DNA from: Octopus sinensis
Taxonomy: Eukaryota
Reading direction: 5' to 3'
DNA: 64,000 nucleotides
Assembly (NCBI RefSeq): GCF_006345805.1
Contig: NC_043004.1
Coordinates: forward strand, 10,850,001-10,914,000
Under the pieces are notes generated by a model that saw nothing but the letters and a program-made list of their open reading frames with translations, had not been told where the DNA came from and made no database searches. Every line of letters begins with the position of its first letter. Position 1 is the first letter of the stretch. Below are positions 46,852 to 60,176 of this stretch, in pieces. A program made the position numbers and the translations under genes.

Positions 46852-47470
46852 TATATGCGTTTGTGTGTGTGTGTGTGTGTGTATTGCTATTTTGAAAGGC
46901 TCAATTATGACGCGCGAGTGTGGACTCGTGTGTACGTGTGTATCGCTATTTCCAAAGGCGTAATCGAGATCGCACGAGCGTGGTCTCAACCCGCTATACG
47001 GAACGTGCGTTGTGCTCGTGACCAAAACACTTTATCTGACTTTATTTATGCGATCATCTCGACAGATGACACATGACACACGGTGTACCTCTATAGACAA
47101 GATCATCGATTTGATGGAGAAAGTGAGCTAATGAAGAGCTCAAGCATTTGATCTCAATAAACAAATCCGCTTTACAGATTGTGCAGCAAAAAATTGGAAA
47201 ACCAACTTTCTTGGACCGAGAGACCATCATTAAAAATACGCACACATTCACCAGTATGTATCTGTATATATGTGCTTATAGTTCTCCACATATGATGAAA
47301 ATTTGCAACACACATTCATAAATACAAACACACATACGTACATAAATACATACATACACATATATGTGTGTACAAGTGTCTTTATATATATATATATTTG
47401 TGTGACTGTGTGTATGTGTGTGTGCGTGTATGTATATACATATATATCTATTTGTTTGTCTATGTATGTT

Positions 47471-47506
<36 letters not shown>

Positions 47507-47511
47507 ACAGA

Positions 47512-47640
47512 AAATCAAAAGACGAAGACAGATAGATGAACAACAAACAGGTGTATTAGTTTGATGCTGGGAAAAGTGAGAAAGTCTTTAACGTTTCGAG
47601 CCTACGCTCTTGAACAGAAAGGAATAAGAGAAAATAAATA
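47512..47640 (-). mobile_element. Penelope-type terminal-repeat fragment (family of 22112-22250)
   Basis: Minus CTTTCTGTTCAAGAGCGTAGGCTCGAAACGTTAAAG. Confidence 0.55.
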
Positions 47641-47768
47641 AGGAGAACATTAAAAAAATCTTGTGGATTTAGCTATCAAACATGACGGCTGGTTGGGAAA
47701 AAACGTTTTGACAGGAGAGGTAGAAAGAAGGGCGGATAGTAAAGTATTGGTGATATATATATAAGTAT

Positions 47769-47818
<50 letters not shown>

Positions 47819-48030
47819 CTGTCATCACTGTCATTTAATGTGTATTCCGTTACGAGGACAGTAATTGCAAATCACATGAAGAAATGCAACTGGATCCTAT
47901 TATACAGGTCGCGTAATCGAATTTCTGTATATATGAAGAACTATGTTGTATGTAAACATGTGTAGTGATTATTAAATAACAGTCTAACCGGACTCCTTCT
48001 TGTTGTCCCTATCGTATTCAATTATATATA

Positions 48031-49290
48031 CCAGGTTGAGTAAACAGTAAGCAACGTTTTGAACCATGAAGAATTTGTACCGGATTTTTGCAGAGTTTTT
48101 AATTTTTGAAACATTTTTTACAATTGTCTGATATAGAGACATATACTATAGAGACAAATGCACCAATAACTTAACATTGAATTTTTTTCACCGTTTTTAC
48201 AGTAATCTGAATTGGAACTGACAAAGCGCAATATTCGATCAATTTTGCTATTCAGCGTCAAAGGAAGTATGTAAAGCAGCTGAAATTGCTCGCGATATCA
48301 ACGAAACGTTTGGTGAGGAAATGACCGGTGAATGGTCAGCTTGAAAATGGTTTAACGATTTCGCAGTGGACCTGAGTCTTGAAGATCATGAGCGTAGTAA
48401 ACGCCCATCTGTCATCGATGAATGTCACTTAAAGACTGCCATTGAGAAAAATCCACGTAAAACCACTCGAGAAACCGGCAAAAGAACTTCAAGTTAACCA
48501 GAAAACTGCCTGCAGCCATTTACATACGTTCGGAAAATAAAAAAAACGCTTGACAAAGGGCACTACCCGATTTGAATAAAAATCAGAAAATGCGCAGGTA
48601 TGAAATTTGCTATTCGCTTCTCCGTAACCAGACCGATCCATTTCTCGACCGTATCGTAACTAGCGATGAAAAGTGGATTCTGTACAATAATAAAAAATAA
48701 ACACGTTCTTGGCAGCGGTTAGACCCTAAATGGAGCACCAAAAATCCTCCCAAAACTTCAAAACGAAGGCTATAGTGACTGTTTGGTGGTGTACTGCTGG
48801 ACTCATCCACTACAACTTCTTAAAACCCGGAAAAACCATTACTATAGAAACATGCCAAAAGGAACGAAAAACTGGTACTTCTCCGTCCATGGCTGGTCAA
48901 CAGAAGAGAGCCACTCATTTTTCATGACAATGCTCGATCAGACATTTTACTAATGATGCACCAAAAGCTGAGGAAACTTAGCTACGAAATTCTTCCCAAC
49001 CCAGCAAATTCTTCAGACCGTTCTTCTACCGAATACCACTTTTTCAAGGAGCTTGATGGTTTGCTGCGAGAGAAGTACTTAAACAAATAAAACCGATGCT
49101 GAAAGTATGTTCAAAGAGTTCATCTGCTCGAGAACTCCAGACCCCCAGATTTTTATGCTACCGGAATAAACAAACTTGTAACTTGTTGGCAAAACTATGT
49201 GGATTGTAATGGTACTTACTTTGATAAATAAAATGTCCGCATTATTGAAATATATTGTTTCAAAACGTTGCTTACTTTTTACTCAGCTAG
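48031..49290 (+). mobile_element. Near full-length degenerate mariner (D,D34D-type) transposon
   Basis: TIRs CCAGGTTGAGTAAACAGTAAGCAACGTTTTGAA and TTCAAAACGTTGCTTACTTTTTACTCAGCTAG; KAAEIARDINETFGEE, RIVTSDEKWILYNN, VTVWWCTAGLIHYNFLKPGKTI, FHDNAR, EYHFFKEL; ORF broken by stops and frameshifts. Confidence 0.9.
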
Positions 49291-49317
49291 ATGTGTGTGT
49301 GTGTATGTGTATGAGTG

Positions 49318-49360
<43 letters not shown>

Positions 49361-49365
<5 letters not shown>

Positions 49366-49495
49366 CGGAATGGTCATATTGCCAGTTTAGCCAATAAAAA
49401 CACACGCACTATATATTTGGTGTTATTTTGCTTCAGTGATATTTATTTTTTACATTAATCTTAATCTTATTTCGGCCAAAGTTCTTTCGTCACAC

Positions 49496-49497
<2 letters not shown>
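49361..49497 (-). mobile_element. Penelope-type terminal-repeat fragment (family of 10985-11212)
   Basis: Reverse complement of 11067-11200. Confidence 0.6.
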
Positions 49498-49557
<60 letters not shown>

Positions 49558-50619
49558 TATATATACATATATATATATACAGACGTTGTAGATAGATAGA
49601 TAGAGAGAAGAGAGAGAGAGAAAGAGAGAGAGAGGATGTGTGAGATAGAGACAGGTAGATTGATTGAGGGGCTTATAGAAGTAGGTCTGTTTGTTTGTAT
49701 GCATGTGTGAATTAGTATGCGTGTGTGCGCAGCAGATTCACGTGAGATGAGAAAAATGCAAATGACATGACATAAAGGGAAGACAAATAAAATTGTTAAC
49801 CTGCAGCCGACATAAACATAAGTATTTTATATCGAATTTTTATGTTCTTATTTCTTTTCACGTCGCATTAAGTATTTTGCTTTCTGAAGCTCAATTCACT
49901 TTTGTTTTTTTTTTTTTGTTTTTTATGCAGATATCGATATTAAATCATTTAAACTGTAAATAATTCTTTTCACATTCACCAAAAATATACAATTTTCTAA
50001 GTTAGTATAGAAATTTTTTTATTCTTACTTCGACAAGTATATCGACGGGAAAGCTTCTCTGAGAATGTCACAATGACAGGATAGATATTATCAATATTGC
50101 AAAAAAAAAAAAAAAAATTATTAATCCTTGAGTAATATTGTCTGTTTTACACTTACTACATATTTGTTTCTTATTAGTTTCTTAATCCTTTCTGAAATAA
50201 CTAGATTAACATCTACATATTTACTATTCTGCATCTTCGAGATTATTTAATTATTAGAACCGAGTTTTTCTTATCTATTCTATAAATGTTTACTGGAATG
50301 TTTGCAATATCTGCGCACACTATATATACTCACTTCCAAATATTTCATATTTAAACTTATTTCTTACTCTTTTATAGTCAGAGCTTTTTTTAAATGTAAC
50401 ATTTTGGATATTTATTGTGCAATTTCTCTTCAAGTTGAATAAAATGTTTCACAAAATATTTCATCTGAAACGGGTTTTTTTTTTTTACTCCTTTATGCAG
50501 TCAATACTTGTAGTGTATCATATACTTTCTTTCAACTATAGAGATTAATAATTCTGAAATTCTCTGATGCAATATTGAATTAATTTCTTTCTGCTTATTG
50601 TACCAGATTCAAAAGCCAT

Positions 50620-51050
50620 TTATTAGATGTCTCTGCATCATAAGCAATACTTGTGTTGCTGATATCGCCACTGCTTCGCCGTTTAGTTGCATGGAAGTTA
50701 TCTTGCAGCGAAATGTCGAAGTGTGGCTCCTATATCTTGACATTTACTGCATGATGATGCTTTTGTTTCGGCTTGTTTCTTGAAGAGTTGTGGTCCTTTC
50801 ATTTCCCTGAGTATTTATTGTCTAGACATATTAAGCCATATGGAATGCGTTGTTCTTTAGTACCAAATCTAAAGATATGTATCTATAAATGACAACGTTT
50901 GGGGCCACTATTTTGAAGTCATTCCCAATATACATTTCTACATATTAATTCTTTATTCGTATCAAGGAGCAGAGACGTAAATCTTTTCAAATCTCCTTGC
51001 AGTTTACCTACTGCATAAAAAAATATTCCATTTATGGGGCCGCTCATTTG
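50620..51050 (-). mobile_element. Decayed CR1-like LINE fragment
   Basis: Minus KLQGDLKRF (LQxDL) and MKGPQLFK (cf. FKGPQLFN at ~27690). Confidence 0.4.
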
Positions 51051-51248
51051 CTTCCATTTCGATACATTGCTTGCCACTACGAAGATACAATAAGTAGCAG
51101 CAATAATCTAGATAATTGCAAGATTCAACTCCAGGAACAATACCTGCTATTGTACGTTTGTTTTATTTGTTGCAAATAACCATCATAACAAATACCCTAT
51201 CATTTTCGCCTTATTAATATTTCGTGAATCCTGCATCGATACCTAATA

Positions 51249-51415
51249 TACCATATTTTGACATGTATAAATAACCCTCGTGTATAAGAAACCTTCTAAT
51301 GTTTTGAAAACGTTTTGTAAGGGATTATAATACTATCCATGTATAAGAAACTCCCATATTTTTTAAACCTAATTTTTGACAAGAAAGTGTTCCTTATACA
51401 AGTTAAAATACGGTA
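51249..51415. mobile_element. Small Tc2-type MITE
   Basis: TA-CCATATTTTGACATGTATAA ... TTATACAAGTTAAAATACGG-TA; internal repeat GTGTATAAGAAAC/ATGTATAAGAAAC. Confidence 0.6.
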
Positions 51416-52920
51416 ATTGATTCCCAGTTGCCACGTATATTCTTACACAAGAATATACGTGGCATTATTTTGTGTATTCACGTTGCAATAAGTTTAAGGG
51501 CTCCTTAGAATTGTCTGAAACTCTCAGATATTGAATTTAGTGTTGTCAGCATAACTGCGCAGTTGGTTGAAGTATTTCTAGACTTTGTCATCCTCTGGAC
51601 ACCTGAGTAATATGTTTTAGAATCAGATTCGATAGAGAAAATGACTGATTTAAGAATTATAATCAATAACGATGAAATAATTACTAATAATCAATTATAA
51701 ATTGTCAAATAATATTTAGATTAATCAGTAATTAAAAATGGAATATAGTTAATAGCAATAATACGAATCAAAATGATTTTAAAAAATCTTTATTGAAAAT
51801 TCTTGTTCGGCATGGAATGAAATTTTAAACGAATGTTTTTTTTTTAGTTTTGACCACTTTATAGTTTCTCAACTGGAATATTTGGAATAGAATTTCAAAT
51901 GCCACGAGGTAATTTGACCGGAAAATTCCAAATTACGAATCAAATATTTCGGTTTTAAACTTACAAATTTAATTGTAGTCATTTAGCCTCATGACATTCG
52001 ATCTAACTGAACAAGGCCAGAGGTGTTCCACTGATGATCATGACATTCTAGCTAAAGACATAATAATATGTATAGTATCCTATACATTCTCGTTCTTTTT
52101 TAAAGACTTTAGATTGTGACATGGTTTGTGTTGGACGCATCAAAGTCATGTTGAAACATAAGCCTTTTACATTTACATCAAATATTTTACTGATACTTTA
52201 AATCAACCAATGAGACTGAGAATTTAGAATTTTTGTTGGTGTGACCCTGACATGCAAATACAATTATCTTGAAAAGAAATAAATTGCTAATTGATTTATT
52301 GTTCCTGGCCTAATATACATACTATGAACGGGGAAAATTACCTAATGATGTCTTCCCTTTGAAAAACATCATTCAAGCTTTTGATATTATACTCAATATA
52401 TTGACAGAACAACATTATTTATTAATTCTACTTCTATGTTAGATATAATTTAATATCAAGATTTTCTTTCCAGTAATATGACAAATGCAGAGAACATATA
52501 CCTCCCTAAAAAGATCTAATAATACAGAAATGCATCCTTGCTTGTCCCTTCTACGTGCCTAGATAAAAATCAATCAATATTAGTTATAGGAATTATGATT
52601 CCTTTTCGGAACAGCGTATGTATTTTAAAATAATTGTACTTTTTTATGACGTGTGTATGATGACATTATTTTCACTGTTATAATTATATATTTTGTGACC
52701 ATAATGACTGGTGGAGTTTATAATTACCTGCAAGCTGCATTCACGCTCTACATTTACGACAGAGATGCACTTGGGTGATAGACATGTTGGAAAAAGGAGC
52801 CTTATATCTTCAAACCATACTTAGTTTTAAAAGGCATACAAACAGACGCACTTCTATCAACCTCTCAATCAATCTACCCGACTCTCTCTCTCTCTGTTTA
52901 TCTATCTATCTACAATGTCA

Positions 52921-52954
<34 letters not shown>

Positions 52955-52982
52955 ATACATACATATATACATATACACACAC

Positions 52983-53082
52983 ATCAGGCTGAGTAAAAAG
53001 TAAGCAACATTTTGAAACATGAAATTCTTCACAATATATTTCAACAATGCGGAAATGTTATTCATCAAAGTACCATTACAAT
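52983..53082 (-). mobile_element. Mariner 3' terminus (family of 48031-49290)
   Basis: CAGGCTGAGTAAAAAGTAAGCAACATTTTGAAAC...AATGCGGA...AAGTACCATTACAAT is the reverse complement of ~49203-49290. Confidence 0.8.
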
Positions 53083-53090
53083 TTTTTGTT

Positions 53091-53236
53091 CATTACATCG
53101 ACCCGATGTTCAACTGGTACTTATTTTATCGGCTTCGAAAGGATGAAAGACAAAATCGACTTCGGTGGAATTTGATCTCAGACAGAAGAAATGCCGCTAA
53201 GCATTTTGCCCGGTGCGCTAACGATTCTGCCAGCTC
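53091..53236 (-). mobile_element. SINE family B fragment
   Basis: Body and head; tail missing. Confidence 0.75.
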
Positions 53237-53255
53237 ATCAACTTACAAACAACCG

Positions 53256-53434
53256 CTTTGTTTCAGGCATTTGATTGTGGCCACGCTGGAGTAGTGCCCG
53301 AAAGGGTTTTTTATCGAAAAAATCGCCCCCAGGACTTATTCTTTATAAGCCTAGTACTTATTCTATCGGTGACATAAACACACCACTATCGGGTGTCAAG
53401 CTATGGCTGTGATGGTGGTGGTGGGGCAACACAC

Positions 53435-53478
<44 letters not shown>

Positions 53479-53637
53479 ACTTAAATATATACTTACATAT
53501 ATATATACGGCTGGCTGCTTTCAGTTTCCGTTTACCAACTTCACTCACAGGCAGTTACCCTAGGTGCCGCGCAGTGGGACTGAACCCGGAATCATGTGGT
53601 TGGAAAGCAAACTTCTTACTACAGCCATGCCAGCGCC
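53256..53637 (-). mobile_element. SINE family A with internal deletions
   Basis: Tail, internal (CA)n ~53430-53508, head GGGTTCAGTCCCACTGCGCGGCACC. Confidence 0.8.
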
Positions 53638-53990
53638 TGTATATTAATACTTGATTTTTAAGCTTATTTATTACTTTGTCATTCAGTTCCTTATCTCTTC
53701 TTGAATCACATATATTGAGAATATTGTTTAGTCGTTGTTAGCATTAACTTGAAATATCTACACAATCAGAGTAGAGCCATAAAAGATGATTTTAGTATTT
53801 TGGCAAATACTTCAAACAACCTCAGACATGTCCTGGGTTTACTGTGATCTCAACAGTAAAATATATATTTCCTTTGCATACATCCGAACTAGGCCATCTG
53901 TTATTTTTTGACGACAGCTTCTGCAACTTCAGTGAAAATTTTTGAGGACTGATCTGTGTTAAACTGGTTGTTTTCAACCCATTATTTAAT

Positions 53991-54301
53991 TGTTTATTTA
54001 TGCTCCCTTTTCAAGCCTAGCCAGGTTCATGGGCCCGGTTTCCCGGTTTCTGTGGCGTATGTGTTCCCCCAGTTGCACGAGACGCCAGTCCGTCGCAGCG
54101 TTACTCAAGAAACAGGAAGAGAGGGTGAGAGAAATTTGAGTCGAAAGAGTACAACAGGGGTCTCCACCACCCCCTACCGGGGCCACGTGGAGCTTTAGGT
54201 GTTTTCGCTCAATAAACACACACAACGCCCGGTCTGGGAATCGAAGCCGCGATCCTCCGACCGCGATTCCGCTGCCCTAACCACTGGACCATTGCGCCTC
54301 C
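53991..54301 (-). mobile_element. SINE family C variant (same head, different tail)
   Basis: Head GGAGGCGCAATGGTCCAGTGGTTAGGGCAGCGG...TTCGATTCCCAGACC; tail GACTGGCGTCTCGTGC...CAGAAACCGGGAAACCGGGCCCATGAACCTGGCTAGGC. Confidence 0.85.
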
Positions 54302-54388
54302 TACTCTATTGTAACAGATGTGATTTATATTTGTATATTAGATATAATAGAAAAAGTAAAATTGTGAATTACACTCGCGCATGCACAA

Positions 54389-54447
<59 letters not shown>

Positions 54448-55240
54448 TACACCCCTGCATATAAAGAAAATTTAAGAGTTTTTATTCATGTTAGTGACGA
54501 GGATTAAACATTCAAATAGGATGACGTATGTTTTTAAATCATATGTTTGTATGTATTGAAACATTTATCAGATTTATGTATTTGAATACTATAAGAGTTA
54601 AGTTAGGTTTAACACTGGAAAGCCTCAACGTACAGAATGTTGGTGAAATTTATCGACAAACTAGCTCTAACAGAACTATAATTCTTGATAAAATAGCATG
54701 CATTTATAGATTCAAAGTGGTTGCGTCGAGAAAAATAGACATCTTTCACACCCTAATTGATATAAAAATTTATTGATTGTCATTGTGAAAGTCACTAGCT
54801 GTGGAAGCTGCTGTGGCGTACAGGTGAATTGTAGAGTAGAACAACCAGTAACAATTTGGTACATGACATGTTTTCCATTTTGTTCATCTGAAATACCGAT
54901 GCCGCCTTTAATCATGCGCTCATGTAAACGGCTTAACCGAAATCTTGTTCCATTTCAAAGTGAATTAGCTTCATTTAAATATCTCATTAACAGTACAACA
55001 CAACGACGTCGGAGTATGGTGGAGGGGTATTCCACTAATGTTATGGCTGTTTAAGAACTCCATTGAATAATTGTACAAATTGTCATCAGTACAGGAATCA
55101 ATACATGTGTTCGTGACTTTCTCGCCATCAAATATACTATTTGCTCGTTTATAGAACCAACAACATAAATGCTATAAAATAATACTGTCCACTCGGTCTG
55201 TGAAGGATCCAATGAGCCGCCCAAAATTTCAGGTTCATTT

Positions 55241-55445
55241 GAGGAAGCGGGCTGGCAGAATCGAGAGCACGACGCACAAAATGACGAGTAACATTTCATC
55301 AGGCTTTATGTTCTGAGTTTAAATACCGTCGAGGTCGACTTTATGTTTAACCATTTCGGGGACGTTAAAATAAATATCTATTGAGTGCTGGGATCGATGT
55401 AGTTGACTAAACCTTCCCCGAAAATTGCTGGTTTTTGTGCCAAGC
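55241..55445 (+). mobile_element. Diverged SINE B with B2-type tail
   Basis: GCTGGCAGAATCG...GAGTTTAAATACC..GAGGTCGACTT...CCCCGAAAATTGCTGGTTTTTGTGCCAA. Confidence 0.7.
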
Positions 55446-55735
55446 CTTCATTTTAGATTCATCTGATTCAACCTCAGTGCTGTTGGATGATAATCTAATA
55501 GTAGAATTCCTTGAGCAACAGTAAATAGAATAACACACTAAACTTGGTACACTTAAAGTGTCATCTTCGTATATAGTTTCACTTTCGTAAGTCTCTTTCA
55601 AAATGAAGACTAGATGCAGCTAATTCAATGTTACAGGGAGTATTTTTTGGCTTTTTAAATGCTGGTAAGGGTTAGTCGAAAATAACCTAGTAGCGGCATT
55701 ATCTAGGAGATTCAATATTCATAAGATTTTACATA

Positions 55736-56261
55736 TACCATAAATCCTCGAGTATAATGCGCAATTTTTTCCCAAAATTTAAATGTCAAAATCCCCAGTG
55801 CGTACTATATACAAGGTTAAAAATGAAAAACAATTTCTAAGCAATGTCCGAGTCTCTATTTGCTGTCCGGCAATGTTTATTCAGACGCATTTTGTGATGC
55901 CGAGCACGAAAATACCTTAAGCTAAACCTGAAAGCAATGAAGTCATCAAAGAATCATCCAAAACTTGCAGTAAGCAACATTTATTAAAATAAAAGTATTC
56001 ATAACACAGAATAACTTGTAACAAAAACAATTTGCAACCATATTTACATTCCCATATAACAGTTAAGAACATTACTATTATTGTATTACGCATGCGTGGA
56101 AGTGTTCGTTCGACTAGGTGCTGCTGGCTTAATTGCGCACGACTCAAGTTAGACATGGGGTGCGTATTATACACAAAGTTTAGGTTTTTCAGAGGTACAG
56201 CCCCTTAAAAATCCCCTGCGTTTTGTACGCAAGGGCGGACTATACTCGAGGATTTACGGTA
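55736..56261 (-). mobile_element. Tc2/pogo-type MITE (sister of 20610-21124)
   Basis: TA-CCATAAATCCTCGAGTATAATGCG ... CGGACTATACTCGAGGATTTACGG-TA; internal sequence is the reverse complement of the first copy. Confidence 0.85.
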
Positions 56262-56769
56262 CACACCATGACACTCAATAAAAATATAAACAAGTACGCA
56301 CAATCGCACGCATACGCACATATCTTCGTGCGCTCACGCTCACACGGAAAGCCATAAGCATACACACATGTGCACACAAAAGTGGAACACAAATTTATTT
56401 ATTAGAAAATACATTTTACTTATAATAGGTAAAGTAGATTTTATGAGCTTCTATCTTATTTTTTTTTTGTTTTCATTGTGTTGTAAAATACTTCCCATCC
56501 CATTTTAATCAAAACTTTGTGTACTGGTTATTACAAATTTCAAGTAATTTCATCCATCTTCACAAATTATAATTATATGACGGGAAATTGCATCAATTAT
56601 TTCTAAATATATTTTAAACATAAGCTTAAGATAATCTTATCTTACGGAACGTGGCTCTACAATAATAGTTCTACAGTAATTTGCAACTGTCATATTAAGT
56701 AACCGACAGATTCTAACTGCTTATAATAATATATTGCATTAAAATTGTAATAGAATGAAAACGATGTGG

Positions 56770-56975
56770 CTGCGTGCGAGAGGATAGGATTGTTGTTAGC
56801 ACGCTTAGTATGATTTCGTCTGTCTTTACGTTCTGAGTCCAAATTCCACTGAAAGGGAACTTTACCTTTTATTCTTTCAGGGTGGATAAAAAAATTCCAG
56901 TTGAGTACTGAGATCGATGTAATCGATTTAATCCCATCACCTGAAATTGTTAGCCATAGGAAAAAATTTGAAGCG
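56770..56975 (+). mobile_element. Old diverged SINE B (B2-like tail)
   Basis: GTTAGCACGC...TTACGTTCTGAGTCCAAATTCC...GATCGATGTAATCGATTTAATCC. Confidence 0.55.
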
Positions 56976-57040
56976 AATTTAAGGAAAACGAAACAAAAGG
57001 GCTGAAGTAATTTCCTTTACTCTTTCTTTCTCCCTCTCTG

Positions 57041-57044
<4 letters not shown>

Positions 57045-57104
<60 letters not shown>

Positions 57105-57125
57105 ATCTATCTATCTATCTATCTA

Positions 57126-57164
<39 letters not shown>

Positions 57165-57169
57165 ATCTG

Positions 57170-57215
<46 letters not shown>

Positions 57216-57240
57216 GATCTATCTATCTATCTATCTATCT
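57045..57240. repeat. (TATC)n-(TGTC)n-(TATC)n array
   Basis: Direct reading. Confidence 0.95.
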
Positions 57241-57545
57241 TGTAGTTTTTATTGTATTTATATTTGTGTAACACTGTCCTTTTTTCCGTCCTTGTTTTTG
57301 TATACATTCTCTACTTTCTTCAAAGGAATCTATTGCTTGTAGCTTAGTTTTTCCTTGCGGCTGGCCAGACTGGAGCAATCTCAAGAATAATCACCGAAAT
57401 TGCGAGGATAATCTGGTGCTTGACTGAGGAAAGAAAACTTCGAATGACCCATCCTTGTTTTCTTTGTATAGTCTATCTGGATGTTTCGTTGTCCCTTTTT
57501 GTATCATCTAGCTGTCTGGATGTTTTGCGTTCTTGTCCCATTTTG

Positions 57546-57547
<2 letters not shown>
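57241..57547 (+). repeat. Probable Penelope-type terminal-repeat-like dispersed repeat
   Basis: Pyrimidine-rich body with CACCGAAATTGC motif, bounded by microsatellites like the other such fragments; no sister copy in the window. Confidence 0.3.
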
Positions 57548-57594
<47 letters not shown>

Positions 57595-58123
57595 GCGGCT
57601 TACATACACTTTGGTCTATATATATAATATGTGTTTGTGTGTATGTGTATGAAAACACGCATGCATATGAAATAAAAGAAATTAAGAGGGAGAGCGAAAA
57701 ATTTAGCGGAAATCTGAAAGTAAAAGAAAGTAAACCACGTGTTGCGATGTGTACATGGGTATATGCATCTTTCAACACACAGATATACGCACGTTTGTGT
57801 GTGTGTGTGTGTTGGCGGTTAAGTGGCTGGCTCATTCAAGAGTAGAACCAACTGATTCAAGTTATTTGTCTCGGATCTTTGCATTCTGAGTTGAAGTTAC
57901 GCCATGTTCTATTTCGCTGGTAGAATTAATCCATTGCCCACATTAAAAGCGTCACCTACTACTTTGACCACGTTTAGCACTGTCTGTCCTACTACAAGTA
58001 TTTGGGTCAGGTTCCCTAGATGACGATACCTTCTTCGTTCTTTTCTGTAGTCTCCGAGGTCCACAAACCCGCCATGGGTACTGCTTTTCTGTTGACTAAA
58101 ACATGAAAGTAATGTACACACAA

Positions 58124-58524
58124 AGCGGCGAACTGGCAGAAACGTTAGCACGCCGGGCGAAATGCTTATTATTATTTCGTTTGCTGTTACGTTCTGACGT
58201 TCACATTCCGCCGAGGTCGACTTTGCATTTCATCCTCTTGAGGTCGATTAAATAAGTACCAGTTACACACGGGGTCGATATAATCGACTTAATCCGTTTG
58301 CCTGTCCTTGTTTGTCCTCTCTGTGTTTAGCCCCTTGTGGGTAGTAAAGAAAAAGGCATTTCGTCTGAGTTCAAATTCTGCTGAGGTCGACTTTGCCTTT
58401 CATTCTTTCGGGGTCGATTAGATAAGTACCAGTTACGCACAAGGGTCGATATAATCGATTTAATCCGCTTGTCTATCCTTGTTTGTCTCCTCTGTGTGTA
58501 GCCCCTTGTGAGCAATAAAGAAAT
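58124..58524 (+). mobile_element. Dimeric SINE B (full unit + 5'-deleted unit) inside one 17-bp TSD
   Basis: TSD AAGTAATGTACACACAA 58107-58123 and AAGTAATGTATACACAA 58525-58541. Confidence 0.85.
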
Positions 58525-59599
58525 AAGTAATGTATACACAAGCAATGAAAAATATCAGTAAGTGTAGTGCAGTATGAACGAGTACCTAACAAGAACATTG
58601 AGAATCCTTAGATACACAGATAAATACACTCACATGCGCGTGGGCACACACACACAAGCGTACATACACGCATGCAAAAATCAGAAGTTAGACAGAAAAA
58701 AACATGACAGCGCTAGAGTTTTAAAATAAATAAGCTATAGATAAGCGAATTAAGAAAGAAAAGGACACGAACAGAGAGGAGAATGAGGGGGGGATAGAAA
58801 GGGATGAAGAAAGAAAGAGAGGGAGAGAGAAAGAAAGAGAGGGAGAGAGAAAGAAAGAGATGGAGAGAGAAAGAGAGGGAGAGATAGGGAGCCACTGCCA
58901 GAGAACAATACAAAGTATGTTTTGAGATGCTTAGAATTAAATTTAGGAATAAAAATATAAACAAAATCAACCGACAACGAACGTATAGTGCAGACATTCG
59001 CTACTGGAATAAGGATAATCAAATTTAAGATGCGAATGAAAGCTGGGTCAAGTCTAAGTAAAAAACTACAAATATGATAATATGAACAACAGCAGCGACG
59101 GCAAAAAAATAAAAATAAAATCTTTTACTTGGTTCAGCCATTGCTGGGGCACCACCATTTACCAAATAATGCTTGAAATAATAGAGTTTCTTTACTTTTC
59201 ATTTTGTCTCTCTATTTGTTTGATTGCCTGACCTTACTGTTTTTCATAACAAATTTCTTTCTCTTTTCCCTTTGTTTTCATTGTTTTTCTTCTCTTCCAT
59301 TTATTCTCAGTTAGTTTTTTTTTGTTTTAGTCTCTTTCTCACTTCTTTTTCAATTATTTCTATATATATTTTTCTCCATTTTTTTCATTCTTTATTATCT
59401 TCTTTACTTCATTCCTTATATGGTTGTTTCATTCCGTCTTCAATTCCTATTCGATCTCACATTTCTTCCTGTCATTCGTCCGTTCGTTTTTGTTAATTCA
59501 TTTGTTTGTTTGCTTGTTTCTTGCTTCCTTTCTTTCATATTTTCTCTCTTTCCATTTAATTCTTCGTTCCTTCTGAATTCAATATTATCTTTCATTTCT

Positions 59600-59820
59600 A
59601 AGGTGGCAACCTGGCAGGATCGTTACCAGATCGGGCAAAATACTTAGCCGCATTTCTTCCGATTTTGCGTTCTCAGTTCAAATGCTGTCGGTGTGGGTTT
59701 AGCGTTTGAACCTTTCGAGGTTCATAAAATAAGCACTAATCGAGCATTGTGGTCGATGTAACCGATATAGTTCCTCCCCAGAATTGCTGGCCTTGTGCCA
59801 AAATTTGAAACAAATATTAT
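59600..59820 (+). mobile_element. Old SINE B with B2 tail
   Basis: AAGGTGGCAACCTGGCAGGATCGTTA...CAGTTCAAAT...CCCCAGAATTGCTGGCCTTGTGCCAAAATTTGAAAC. Confidence 0.7.
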
Positions 59821-60100
59821 TTTCATTTATTCATTCTTTGGATAGGCGACGAGTTATCTAAATCGCTAGAATATTGACGAAAGGATTTTGACAAACCGAC
59901 GACCGGTTGAATGTTTAACTAATACATTAAACAAACGACCCGTTAGGTGGTAAGATAGTTAACAAATTGCCTAACAATAAAGAAGTGGCATTGAACCAGT
60001 GTGTGTGTTTATTATAATAGACGTAATGTCCCTCCTAAAACAGGTCTACTTCGACACTACTTCATTTCAAAAATCTTGCAAACCAATTGTAAAAGTGAAG

Positions 60101-60170
<70 letters not shown>

Positions 60171-60176
<6 letters not shown>

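Noticed and set aside
54200-54301. tRNA-Arg-like sequence (also at ~22505-22566) and tRNA-like heads of SINE A and B
   Set aside because: No complete cloverleaf or acceptor stem; each continues into a SINE body, so these are SINE heads, not tRNA genes.
54773-55054. 93-aa Cys-rich ORF and internal splice-like sites
   Set aside because: No domain pattern; several mutually incompatible exon readings, none better than chance.
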